Of a stretch of 64,000 nt of DNA, positions 29,359-38,902 are shown in pieces. The position numbers and the translations under genes are program-made. The first letter of the stretch is position 1, and the number at the start of each line of letters is the position of its first letter. The stretch spans positions 238,850 to 302,849 of the forward strand of contig OZ246418.1 of NCBI GenBank assembly GCA_965231155.1, written 5' to 3'. The DNA is from an uncultured Candidatus Saccharibacteria bacterium. Its GTDB lineage: Bacteria; Patescibacteriota; Minisyncoccia; UBA6257; 2-01-FULL-56-20. The notes below the pieces were generated by a model. The model was not told the origin of the DNA, ran no database searches, and worked only from the letters and a program-made list of their open reading frames with translations.

Positions 29359-29682
29359 TTACGAAAGAACCTTCACACCGGCTTGAGAAAATGCCTTGAT
29401 CTCCTCGAGGACGATCCGGCGTATCGTCTCGTCGTGAATAGTAATGTCTATCCACGGCTGACAAAGTCGTCCGCAAACGCCAGTCGTAGTGAGGAGTGGT
29501 TGTTTGCGCCAGAACCGTTTCCTCCTGGAAACGTGATGAAAGGTACTCGACATCACGCCGATACCGTCATCATTGTTCGTTTGGTGAATCACAAGGGGCT
29601 CACCGAACAAAGCTTGACTCCGGCTGCAAATCCTCGCCAACACTCCAGCAGTCAACGCATCAAAATCTTCGTTTTTAGACAT
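29359..29682 (-). CDS. Hypothetical protein
   Basis: SD AAGGAG; TTGACT/TATAAA promoter; terminator downstream. Confidence 0.6.
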   Translation of the reverse strand: MSKNEDFDALTAGVLARICSRSQALFGEPLVIHQTNNDDGIGVMSSTFHHVSRRKRFWRKQPLLTTTGVCGRLCQPWIDITIHDETIRRIVLEEIKAFSQAGVKVLS

Positions 29683-29823
29683 CCACATCTCCTTACTGAC
29701 TGTTTTATACACTTTTTAAAACATTTAGTCAATATAGCCTCTCCTTTTTAGATTTTCACAACTTCCTCCCACACTAAGTACCCGTTTATCCATCACCCTT
29801 TCCCGTCATCCTCCGCCCTGCAA

Positions 29824-29856
29824 TAAAAAATAACCCAACACGTGGGTTATTTTTTA
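29824..29856 (-). terminator. tmRNA terminator
   Basis: aaaaaataaccca/tgggttatttttt. Confidence 0.8.
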
Positions 29857-29859
29857 TTG

Positions 29860-30191
29860 TGGAGATGGGCGGAGTCGAACCGCCGTCTAAAGATGAAGGT
29901 CGCGGACCTTCTACGAGTGTAGTCTAGTGAACTAGGCAAATCGATCCATATTTTTTAGTCCCGGAAGCATGAATCAAACTTTTCGGGACGAGCTTCCTTA
30001 TATAAGACCAGGACTAACCTAAGAAGCCCAGGCTAGCTGATCCTCCACCGAGCTAGGCTCGGCTTAGCTTACGCAAAAGCGAAAGCTGGAGCTGCAACGC
30101 GTTGGTTGGCAGTATTGTTTTTTGCCGGTTTAATGAGTCAGCGCTCAACTCGCCAGTTCGGACATCATCTCTATCGAAGCCGGTCATCCCC
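29860..30191 (-). ncRNA. ssrA: tmRNA; tag ANQRVAAPAFAFA* at 30110-30069
   Basis: 5' GGGGAUG / 3' CAUCUCCA acceptor with G3-U70, T-arm GGTTCGACTCC, Ala-ending tag. Confidence 0.95.
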
Positions 30192-30355
30192 ATATGCAAT
30201 TCTCAAAGGACTTTTATAATACATTAATTATGGAGATGAGTCAATTTCTTGGATAAATTAAGAAACTCACCTTTGGCAGATTACATAAAAATGTTTATCA
30301 TGAGGACAAAGCTCGACAAACAAAAATGTTTATAAATGTTTCACGATAAACACAC

Positions 30356-31087
30356 ATGACTACACCAGAATTAATTATCTATTTAGAAAGGTGCCAGGAG
30401 TTGGGCATAAGAAAAGAACAGACAATCAGTGCACTGCTCGCTGCTGGTTGGAAACTGCCTCATATTCAAGAGGGGTTCAAAATTATTGAAGCACGTGCCT
30501 TGCCCATGAAGAAGCCGAAAATTGTCTTCCCGACTATGCAGTTATCTCTGTCTTTACTCGGTCTCCTCGTTTTAGGGACAAGTAGCGTGGCACTCTTTTC
30601 AAATTATACGGGGCAAAACGCTAATCACGCAGAGAACCTTCAGGCAAATATTCTCGACGTCCAGACTCCCGAGGAGAAAGAAGCGACCACCATCCAGGAA
30701 CAGATCAACCGAGTTAGTCGTATTACCGATGGGCTTCAGGCCTACAAGGAACTCACCGGAAGCTACCCCTTCAAACTTGATGTCCTTCGAAAAACCGGAC
30801 AAGAAATTCTCGCCTCCTCGACTCAGACTAGCACTAGTACCACAACCCATGATCAGGCCTATCTTCTTGGACTTTATGGCACGAAACCTCTCTATGAAGG
30901 GGACTTCAACGATCTCTTCACAAACTCTCCGTTTGTCTACAGCGCAACGAGTGACGACTACGCCCTTTCTTACGTACTCCAGTGGAATACCCCTCAAGCA
31001 CCTACCATAGAAACTCAGTTCTCTAACGGCTGGAACATCGCCAACAAAGATTCTCTGTCAGTTCCAGAACAGCATGTCGCAGAGTAA
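30356..31087 (+). CDS. Membrane-anchored hypothetical protein (pseudopilin-like C-terminal part)
   Basis: LLAAGW N-domain, one TM, Y...G.YP..L motif. Confidence 0.65.
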   Translation: MTTPELIIYLERCQELGIRKEQTISALLAAGWKLPHIQEGFKIIEARALPMKKPKIVFPTMQLSLSLLGLLVLGTSSVALFSNYTGQNANHAENLQANILDVQTPEEKEATTIQEQINRVSRITDGLQAYKELTGSYPFKLDVLRKTGQEILASSTQTSTSTTTHDQAYLLGLYGTKPLYEGDFNDLFTNSPFVYSATSDDYALSYVLQWNTPQAPTIETQFSNGWNIANKDSLSVPEQHVAE

Positions 31088-31667
31088 GGAAGTTCTCCTT
31101 AAGGCCCTCGAAGAAGACCTGCGCGCTAACTCTCTCCTGCCACTTCGCGAAGCAAATCTAGTGTTTGGCGAAGGCAGTGTTCACTGTGAGGTTATGTTTA
31201 TTGGCGAAGCACCGGGCGCCAACGAAGATCGCGAAGGTCGCCCCTTTATCGGTCGAGGCGGACAACTACTCCGCAAAAACATTCGCGCCATCGGTTGGAA
31301 GGAGGAAGATGTCTACATTACGAATATCGTGAAGCGTCGGCCACCGGATAATCGTGACCCACTACCCGAAGAAATTGCCGCCTATAAACCGTATCTGACT
31401 AAACAGATTGAAATTATCAATCCTCCGATTATTGTCACCCTCGGCCGATTTTCTATGAATTATTTTCTACCAGAAGCCAAGATCACACGCGATCAAGGAA
31501 AAGCGTTTCGCATTAGTAATCGTGTCATCGTCCCCTTTTTCCATCCAGCCGCGGCCCTTCGTGGCACCACCGTGATGAAACAGTTCGAAACAGGCTTCGT
31601 GCTTCTCCCCGCCCTTCTCAAAAAACTGAAAACGCTTTCTCCAAAGCCGGGCACATCCTCGAGCTAG
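31074..31667 (+). CDS. Uracil-DNA glycosylase, family 4
   Basis: GEAPGANED, RPFIG, HPAAALR. Confidence 0.93.
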   Translation: MSQSKEVLLKALEEDLRANSLLPLREANLVFGEGSVHCEVMFIGEAPGANEDREGRPFIGRGGQLLRKNIRAIGWKEEDVYITNIVKRRPPDNRDPLPEEIAAYKPYLTKQIEIINPPIIVTLGRFSMNYFLPEAKITRDQGKAFRISNRVIVPFFHPAAALRGTTVMKQFETGFVLLPALLKKLKTLSPKPGTSSS

Positions 31668-31703
31668 TTTCAATAAAAGAAGTGATATAATAGAAGGACA
31701 GAA

Positions 31704-32087
31704 ATGGAACCACTACAGCTTCCTCCTTCATCCTCCTTCTCTTATCTGAGCCACCGACTGTGGTATCGGATCAGAATCTTTTTCCATCATTGGTATGTCG
31801 ATGGTTCTTATTTTTTTGGTCATCTATGGATGACGATTTTTCTCGGCCTCGAACGGACTTTTGCACTGCGCATCACCCTCACCCATTTTTTTGAACCGCT
31901 CTACCAAGACTACTCTATTGTTGGTCAGATTATTGGACCAATCTTCCGACTCGGCAGAGTGATCACCGCCGGATTGTTATATCTGATACTCGCCATACTA
32001 TTCCTCGCCCTCTACCTCGCCTGGTTAGCTATTCCCGTCGTACTCCTTCTTCAGGCATTTATCGCTTTCCTTTCTCGACCTTCATAA
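31704..32087 (+). CDS. Membrane protein paired with the Clp ATPase
   Basis: Hydrophobic; FEPLYQDY motif; 2 nt before the next gene. Confidence 0.7.
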   Translation: MEPLQLPPSSSFSYLSHRLWYRIRIFFHHWYVDGSYFFGHLWMTIFLGLERTFALRITLTHFFEPLYQDYSIVGQIIGPIFRLGRVITAGLLYLILAILFLALYLAWLAIPVVLLLQAFIAFLSRPS

Positions 32088-32089
32088 CG

Positions 32090-34576
32090 ATGACAAAGAC
32101 CACCGACTACACACTTTACTTCGACGATCCCCGACTGCGCATGAGCGCCGCGGGACGATTTCTGACTCGTGTTATCTCCGGAACTGGTTATCTCTTCTTC
32201 GCTGCCTTAACCGCCCTCCTTCTTATTAGCGATATCCTTGGTCTCCAGTTTGCGGGACTCTTTCTTCTTCTCTTCTGGGCTGATCTGCTTATTCACTACC
32301 GAGAAGCCGATGAGAACTTGTCTGAAATTAAAGATGAGAATGGATTAAATATTGGCTCCTTTCTTTCTCCCGCTGCGTTTCACGCGCTGGAACGGGCGGT
32401 GATGATTGGTGGTATGACACACCAGCATTTCACGATTGCCTTCCTTAAGGAACTTCTCCAGGACTCACAGGTTCGAGATATTCTCGCTCGCCTCGACATC
32501 GACCAAAACGCATTACGCGAAAAAATAGAGTCCTGGCTAGCTCAAAAAGTTGAACCAAATGATAATCCTTTCGAAATCACTGTCACTTCGCCAATGCTCT
32601 CTGATGCCTTTCACCGTGCACAGAGCAATTTCCATCGATCTATCCAGCCAGGCGATCTGGTGGCAGCGCTTTTTTCAGTAAAAGATCCCTTCATCGAGCG
32701 TCTTGCTCGTGCCTTTGCAATTACTCCAGAAGGATTAACGGAAGCAATCCTTCTCAGTCGCGCCACCGCGAAGACACACCCAACCCAAGAGAAAAGGTAT
32801 CAAGCAAAGCGTGGCATTATGAATCGTTCCTGGACGAGCCGACCGACTCCGACGCTCGACAAGTTTTCTCGAGACATCACTGAACTGGCCAGCGAAGGTT
32901 TATTAGGGGAACTCATTGGCCACCAACCAGAATACGAAGCAATGGTAAGAGCCCTGACTCGGGCTATTAATCCGAACGCTCTTTTGGTCGGCGAGGCAAG
33001 TATTGGTAAGGACACAATGGTAGAACATCTGGCTGCTGATATCATAAACGACCGCGTGCCAGAACCTTTAGCTGATCGTCGCGTCATCGAACTTCACCTC
33101 TCGGCTATCGTCTCTGATGTCTCGGCCGAGGAGCTTCAGGGACGCCTCCAGAAAATTGTTGAAGAAGCTTTAACCGCTGGCAATATTATTCTTTATATTC
33201 CCCGCCTTCACGATCTCCTCCACACCTCAGGCACGAGTCATCTCTCGGCGATCGATGCACTGGCACCAGTGTTTGAAAAAGAAGCGTTGCCAGTGATTGG
33301 TTCAACCCGCCCTCAGGAGTTCAAACAGTTCCTCGAACCCCGCGCCGATATTCTGGCCTATTTCGAAAAAGTCCAGGTAAACGAAGTCTCTCTCGAAGAG
33401 GCCTATCTTCTCCTCACTCGAGAAGCAAAATCACTCGAAGCCATAAGTGGGGTGACTATTAGCGTGGCCGCACTTAAAAAATCAGTGGTCGTGGCAAAGC
33501 AGTATTTGCATCACCGCCCACTACCTGGAAGCGCCTTAGAACTTCTCAAAGAGAGTGTGGAAAACGCTCACCGTGACCACAAGAGAATTCTTGATCCTGA
33601 GGATGTGGCAAAAACTGCCGAGAGCAAAGTGCACGTGCCAATTCATCGTCCGGAAAAAGAAGAGGCTGACGCCCTGCTTCACTTCGAAGACATTATTCAT
33701 CAGAAGTTTATTGATCAAGAAGAGGCGGTAAAATCAATTGCTGATGCGCTCCGGGAGTATCGCAGTGGCCTGACGCGCAAGAACGGACCAATTGCGTCAT
33801 TCCTTTTCGTCGGACCAACGGGCGTGGGAAAAACTGCACTTTCTAAATTAATCGCGGAGCTGCAGTTTGGTTCCAAAGATCTTCTCGTTCGATTCGATAT
33901 GAGTGAGTATCAGGATAAGAAAAGTTTTGAACGATTCATCGGTTCGGCTGATGGCACGATTCTCGGGGCCCTGACCGAAGCAATCCGCGAAAAACCACGC
34001 AGCGTGGTTCTGCTCGACGAATTTGAAAAAGCTTTTCCTGATATTCTCCATCTCTTCCTTCAAGTATTTGACGAAGGACACCTGACCGACGGACTCGGTC
34101 GGATGGTAAGTTTTGAGAATGCAGTCATTATCGCCACTTCCAATGCGCACTCTCGCGATATCGAGGAAGCCTTGAACGCCGGGCAGCCAATCACGCAAAT
34201 TGCCGAACACTTCAAACAAAAGTTGGTTGATGTTTTCGCGCCTGAACTTCTCAATCGCTTCTCAAAGATTATCGTCTTCAAGAGCTTATCAACTGACGAC
34301 ATCGTGAAAGTCACCAAACTTGAACTCGAAGATTTTGCGTCGATGCTGAAAGAAAAAGAATACACACTCGTGCTCGATGAAGCGGTAATCAAAAAAATTG
34401 CCACCCTTGGCTACGACTCGGCCTTCGGCGCGCGCCCACTCCGCCAGGTCATCGAAGAACATCTCCGGGCACCACTGGCCAAGGCCATGCTTCAGAAAAC
34501 ATTCGAACCAGGAGATACCATCGAAGCCTCCCTCCAAGGAGAGGAGGTGGTGTTCATCAAAAAAGCTCCGAAATAA
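32090..34576 (+). CDS. ClpA/B-family AAA+ ATPase with N-terminal TM helices
   Basis: GPTGVGKT, RFDMSEY, LLDEFEKA, FGARPLR. Confidence 0.9.
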   Translation: MTKTTDYTLYFDDPRLRMSAAGRFLTRVISGTGYLFFAALTALLLISDILGLQFAGLFLLLFWADLLIHYREADENLSEIKDENGLNIGSFLSPAAFHALERAVMIGGMTHQHFTIAFLKELLQDSQVRDILARLDIDQNALREKIESWLAQKVEPNDNPFEITVTSPMLSDAFHRAQSNFHRSIQPGDLVAALFSVKDPFIERLARAFAITPEGLTEAILLSRATAKTHPTQEKRYQAKRGIMNRSWTSRPTPTLDKFSRDITELASEGLLGELIGHQPEYEAMVRALTRAINPNALLVGEASIGKDTMVEHLAADIINDRVPEPLADRRVIELHLSAIVSDVSAEELQGRLQKIVEEALTAGNIILYIPRLHDLLHTSGTSHLSAIDALAPVFEKEALPVIGSTRPQEFKQFLEPRADILAYFEKVQVNEVSLEEAYLLLTREAKSLEAISGVTISVAALKKSVVVAKQYLHHRPLPGSALELLKESVENAHRDHKRILDPEDVAKTAESKVHVPIHRPEKEEADALLHFEDIIHQKFIDQEEAVKSIADALREYRSGLTRKNGPIASFLFVGPTGVGKTALSKLIAELQFGSKDLLVRFDMSEYQDKKSFERFIGSADGTILGALTEAIREKPRSVVLLDEFEKAFPDILHLFLQVFDEGHLTDGLGRMVSFENAVIIATSNAHSRDIEEALNAGQPITQIAEHFKQKLVDVFAPELLNRFSKIIVFKSLSTDDIVKVTKLELEDFASMLKEKEYTLVLDEAVIKKIATLGYDSAFGARPLRQVIEEHLRAPLAKAMLQKTFEPGDTIEASLQGEEVVFIKKAPK

Positions 34577-34673
34577 TTCGGAGCTTTTTTTTGACAAATA
34601 GAGGCTACTCTTTTATAAATCCCTTAGCCTTCTCTGTCATCGACAGAGAAAAACCGCAACGAAAGGGGTTCTC

Positions 34674-35021
34674 ATGAAACGGATTTTCTCGATTGGAGTT
34701 CTTCTCGGGTTGAGCATGTTCACTGGCCAGGCAGTCGCAGGAAGCGTTCTGGGCCCGCGAATTCTGGAGGAGAAATTCAATCCTCCGCGAACCGCACAGG
34801 TAGGCGTGCCCTACTCCTACGTCCTACCAGCCGAAGACCCGGAAGGAGAGGAGCTCACCTTCACTATCCTGTTCGATCCTCCCGACATGGGAATCGATCC
34901 CGCCACGGGAGAAATTTCGTGGTTGCCGAAACAGAGAGACAAGAGTTGCACGGTCACCGTCGAGGTGTCTGACAGGTTCAAACATCGCGCTGTTCGAACC
35001 TGGGGAATTATTCTCGAATGA
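34674..35021 (+). CDS. Secreted single Ig/cadherin-like domain protein
   Basis: Signal peptide; AEDPEGEELTF, IDPATGEISW, VEVSD. Confidence 0.8.
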   Translation: MKRIFSIGVLLGLSMFTGQAVAGSVLGPRILEEKFNPPRTAQVGVPYSYVLPAEDPEGEELTFTILFDPPDMGIDPATGEISWLPKQRDKSCTVTVEVSDRFKHRAVRTWGIILE

Positions 35022-35116
35022 AGACCCCAGACCCCTCCTTAAGCCCTTAACCCAGGGCTTTTTTCTTTGGTTTTATCTTATCGGGCACATAGGGTACAAT
35101 GGGGGCATACCTTATT

Positions 35117-35941
35117 ATGCTTCGCAATAATAACTCTCATACTAAGGGGGAGATTACCGTCAAAAAACAGGTGGTAGCCGGCTTTGTCATCTTCCGCCGA
35201 ACCGAAGACGGGATAAAATATCTCCTTCTTTATAAGCGTGGTGAGTACTGGAACTTCCCCAAGGGGCACTTCGAAGAGGGGGAGAAGAGTTTAGATACTG
35301 CTTTTCGTGAAGTCGAAGAAGAAACCGGTCTTAAGAAAGGTGATCTCCGTGTTCTCCCTGATTTTCGTGCCTATGAAAAATTCCACTTCTTCAGTGGAAC
35401 AGAAAAAATCTATGACACGGTTATTCTTTATCTCGCCGAAACCGAACAACCAAAGATTACCATTTCGCCACGAGAACACAGTGGTTATGCCTGGTTCCTT
35501 TATTCTGATGCTACAAAGATTCTCCGACGATATGCGGAAACGAGAAAGGTTTTAAAACAGGCACATGATTTCATCCGTGGAAAAAACAATCCGAAAACTG
35601 GACCACGTACCTCAGGGGAAAATCGTTCTCCCAGAACTTCTCAGAATGCACGACCAAATGTACACTATACACAAAGACCAGGACCACGATATGGCCAACA
35701 ACAAAAACAGTTTTTCCGAGAAGGTAATTCGAGTAGTCAGGGAAATACCCCGCGGCCACACACTCAGCTACCAAGAAGTGGCCAGACGAGCCGGTTCCCC
35801 ACGAGCCAGCCGAGCCGTCGGCAACATCCTCAATTCGTACGACGCCCACAGAATAACCATCCCTTGCCACCGAGTGGTACGCAAAGACGGGAGCCCGGGG
35901 GGTTACCGTTGGGGAGCAAACCAAAAACAAATCCTGCTTAA
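35117..35941 (+). CDS. NUDIX hydrolase (Ap4A hydrolase-like) with long low-complexity tail
   Basis: FPKGH.E.GE....A.REV.EETG. Confidence 0.85.
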   Translation: MLRNNNSHTKGEITVKKQVVAGFVIFRRTEDGIKYLLLYKRGEYWNFPKGHFEEGEKSLDTAFREVEEETGLKKGDLRVLPDFRAYEKFHFFSGTEKIYDTVILYLAETEQPKITISPREHSGYAWFLYSDATKILRRYAETRKVLKQAHDFIRGKNNPKTGPRTSGENRSPRTSQNARPNVHYTQRPGPRYGQQQKQFFREGNSSSQGNTPRPHTQLPRSGQTSRFPTSQPSRRQHPQFVRRPQNNHPLPPSGTQRREPGGLPLGSKPKTNPA

Positions 35942-35972
35942 GAAAGAAGGTGTTCAGCTAGGCAAAAAATAA
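35691..35972 (+). CDS. O6-alkylguanine-DNA alkyltransferase (MGMT) domain protein
   Basis: IPRG...SY.EVA, RAVG, IPCHRVV. Confidence 0.88.
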   Translation: MANNKNSFSEKVIRVVREIPRGHTLSYQEVARRAGSPRASRAVGNILNSYDAHRITIPCHRVVRKDGSPGGYRWGANQKQILLKKEGVQLGKK

Positions 35973-36029
35973 ATAATAAAAAAGACATTCTTTCCAGAAT
36001 GTCTTTTTTATTTTTGTTTTCTTAAGAAA

Positions 36030-36386
36030 CTACTTAGCCAGTAATCCAGACTTCTCGAGCACAATTTTGAAAACTTCTGGATGATCTTTGGCGAGCATGG
36101 CCAACGTCTTTCGGTCGAGCTTGATATCTTTCTTCTTCAAGCCTCCAATCAATTTACTGTAAGAGACACCGGCAGCCTTGGCAAACGCGCTGATGCGGAC
36201 ATTCCAAAGGGCACGGAAGTTACGCTTCTTCTCCTTGCGACCGCGGAACATACGCGACTCGGCGTGGAGTAAGGCTTCTTTGGCGGCTCGCTCCTTAGAC
36301 TTGCGACCCCACTTAAAACCTTTAGTCTTCTTTAAGACTTTGGCTCTTTTTCTATTGGCGGTAGTACCTCGTTTAACTCGTGGCAT
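36030..36386 (-). CDS. rplT: 50S ribosomal protein L20
   Basis: MPRVKRG, FRALWNVRI, LDRK. Confidence 0.97.
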   Translation of the reverse strand: MPRVKRGTTANRKRAKVLKKTKGFKWGRKSKERAAKEALLHAESRMFRGRKEKKRNFRALWNVRISAFAKAAGVSYSKLIGGLKKKDIKLDRKTLAMLAKDHPEVFKIVLEKSGLLAK

Positions 36387-36394
36387 AGTAGTTT

Positions 36395-36568
36395 CTAGTA
36401 GTTAAGTATTCGCTTCTTTGGATAGTTCAGCCCCTTACCCTTGGCCTTACTCTTGATCAACTTGGTTGATTTGCGAGTGCGATTGTGGCCAGCCGCCATC
36501 GGCCGACGAACAACCTTGCCATTCTTGGTAATTCTGATTCGCTTGCTTGAGCTTTTAGTTCTCGTCAT
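36395..36568 (-). CDS. rpmI: 50S ribosomal protein L35 (not in ORF track)
   Basis: MTRTKSSSKRIRITKNGKVVRR..AGHN; lies between infC and rplT. Confidence 0.9.
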   Translation of the reverse strand: MTRTKSSSKRIRITKNGKVVRRPMAAGHNRTRKSTKLIKSKAKGKGLNYPKKRILNY

Positions 36569-37095
36569 TTTTTAGTAGTTGCTACGATTGTCGTTCCAAA
36601 CCCATTGCCGTTGGCTTTGATATCACTAATAAACTTATACGGCAGTTCGATGAGCGCGAGATAGGCCTGCAATTTTTCTTTAGCCCAATCTCGATTTCCC
36701 TTTTCTCGTCCGCGAAGGCGCATACGAATTTCTACAGGATGACCTTCTTCCAAGAACTCAATCGTTCTCTTCAGCTTCACCTGCAGATCGTTCTGAGCCA
36801 TACGGACGCTAATCTGCACCTGCTTCAGACCTCCTCCTTTCTGACTCTGGCGCTCTTTCTTAGCTGCCTTCTCTCGCTCATAGCGATACTTATCAAAGCT
36901 AATGAGCTTGGCAACTGGTGGTACAGCGCTTGCAGATACCTCGATCAGGTCTAATCCCTGTTCCCGAGCCAGAGTTAAAGCCGCTTCTCGGCTCATTACC
37001 CCTAGGCTCTCCCCCTGACTACCAATAATGCGTAGTTCTGGGGCGGTTATTTGGTTGTTGATCCTGTTTGTATCGATGGTAGGAAGGATGGCTAT
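36565..37095 (-). CDS. infC: Translation initiation factor IF-3, probable ATA start
   Basis: RINNQITAPELRIIG upstream of first ATG; LDLIEV, PPVAKL, LRGRE. Confidence 0.93.
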   Translation of the reverse strand: MAILPTIDTNRINNQITAPELRIIGSQGESLGVMSREAALTLAREQGLDLIEVSASAVPPVAKLISFDKYRYEREKAAKKERQSQKGGGLKQVQISVRMAQNDLQVKLKRTIEFLEEGHPVEIRMRLRGREKGNRDWAKEKLQAYLALIELPYKFISDIKANGNGFGTTIVATTKK

Positions 37096-37226
37096 ATCAA
37101 AAAGCGTATTGCTTTAGGATGCCATCTATTCTACAGAAAACGGGGAAAGAGTCAAATTTTAAGGAGAGGCCTCTCTGCTCAAAATTTCTGTTTGACACGC
37201 TCTTCACCATCCCCAATAATTCAAGC

Positions 37227-37910
37227 ATGTCCACACAATCATACGAAGTAGAAATTAAGAGTCTTCTGGGTAGCAAGGAAAATGCCGATGCTCTTAAAAA
37301 GCGGTTGTTCGAACTCGACCCACACACTACCCTTGTCTCGACCAACAAACAACTTAATCACTATTTTGTAGGTGGTGATCTAAAGAAGGTCTTCGAGAAT
37401 GTTGGCCCCCTACTGAAACCAGAAGAGAGGACGCGCTTAGAAAGTCTTCTTCAGAATATCAAAGACTTTTCTTTACGCACTCGAAACAAGGATGGCGAAG
37501 TGATCTTTGTTCTCAAGATTTCCATGAATGACGAAACGAGCGCCAATGGCGTGAAGCGATTAGAGTTTGAAGCAACCATTCCAGATCTCAGTCTCGAAGA
37601 ACTCGATAAAAAAATTCTAGATGCCGGCTTTTCCTATGAGGCCAAGTGGTCTCGAGAGCGGGAGGAGTATAAGTACAAAGACACAACCGTCACGATTGAT
37701 AAGAATGCTGGCTATGGCTATCTCTCCGAGTTTGAACTTATGGAAAGTGACGAAAATAAAATTCATGAAGCGAAAGATCGTTTACTGGCCTTAATGAAAG
37801 AACTCGGTGTCGAGGAGCTTGATCAGGCTCGCTTGGCGAGAATGTTCGACTACTACAATACACACTGGGCTGAGTATTATGGCACGGACAAAGTATTCGA
37901 AGTATTGTAA
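37227..37910 (+). CDS. CYTH domain protein
   Basis: YEVEIKS, QLNHYF, IDKNAGYGYLSEFE. Confidence 0.85.
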   Translation: MSTQSYEVEIKSLLGSKENADALKKRLFELDPHTTLVSTNKQLNHYFVGGDLKKVFENVGPLLKPEERTRLESLLQNIKDFSLRTRNKDGEVIFVLKISMNDETSANGVKRLEFEATIPDLSLEELDKKILDAGFSYEAKWSREREEYKYKDTTVTIDKNAGYGYLSEFELMESDENKIHEAKDRLLALMKELGVEELDQARLARMFDYYNTHWAEYYGTDKVFEVL

Positions 37911-37922
37911 CCATGTAAATTT

Positions 37923-38900
37923 ATGGCTGAAAAAAATCATCCAGAATATCAGTATCTCAATCTCCTCCAAGACATTCTCGACCATGGCGCCGAGAAAAAA
38001 GATCACAACACAGGGACACCGCTACGAAGTGTCTTTGGGCGACAGATTCGTTTTGATCTCAGTCAGGGATTTCCCCTTTTGACTACTAAGCGCGTCTACT
38101 GGAATGGTGTTCTTCATGAACTAATCTGGTTTTTAACTGGCCAGTCGAATATTAAATACTTGGTTGATAATAAAGTTCATATTTGGGACGACTATCCCTA
38201 CAAAATTTATAATAAGGCAGCGACTGAAGGAAAAGTTCCTGCGTTAGAGCAAAAAGATTTTGTTGATAAGATTGCAAACGACACAGAGTTCGCAACACAA
38301 TGGGGAGAATTACCAATGATCTATGGAGAACAGTGGCGACGATGGCCTGGAAAAAATGGCCGGAAAATTGACCAGATGGCCTGGATTGTCGACACCTTAA
38401 AAAGATTCCCCGACCGGAAACATACAGTGCTCTCGGTCTGGAACCCAGAGTATCTTTATTCCATGGCTCTCCCCGGAGAAGCGCTCAGCTTTCCTCTCTG
38501 TCATATTATGATTCATTTCAATGTAGCCAATAATAAACTCTCCTGCCAGCTCTATCAGCGCAGTGCGGATATGTTCCTGGGGGTACCATTCAATATTGGT
38601 AGTTACGCGCTCTTAACTCAAATCATCGCCCATATTACTGGCTATGAACCGGGTGAGTTCGTGCATACGTTTGGCGATGCCCATATTTACGGCAATCACT
38701 TCGAACAAGTTAAAGAACAACTCTCGCGAGAACCAAAACCATTTCCAAAAGTGATTATCGATCCATCCTTGAAAAGTATCGACGACGTTCGCGCCGAGCT
38801 TATATCCCTTACTGAGTATGATCCGTGGCCAACACTCAAAGGAGAGTTGACGGTCGCTGGTGGTTTTGATGAGAAAGATCGACTGCCCTCTTCTTCATAA
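37923..38900 (+). CDS. thyA: Thymidylate synthase
   Basis: GFPLLTTK, YGEQWR, PLCH, YQRSADMFLGVPFN. Confidence 0.97.
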   Translation: MAEKNHPEYQYLNLLQDILDHGAEKKDHNTGTPLRSVFGRQIRFDLSQGFPLLTTKRVYWNGVLHELIWFLTGQSNIKYLVDNKVHIWDDYPYKIYNKAATEGKVPALEQKDFVDKIANDTEFATQWGELPMIYGEQWRRWPGKNGRKIDQMAWIVDTLKRFPDRKHTVLSVWNPEYLYSMALPGEALSFPLCHIMIHFNVANNKLSCQLYQRSADMFLGVPFNIGSYALLTQIIAHITGYEPGEFVHTFGDAHIYGNHFEQVKEQLSREPKPFPKVIIDPSLKSIDDVRAELISLTEYDPWPTLKGELTVAGGFDEKDRLPSSS

Positions 38901-38902
38901 AT

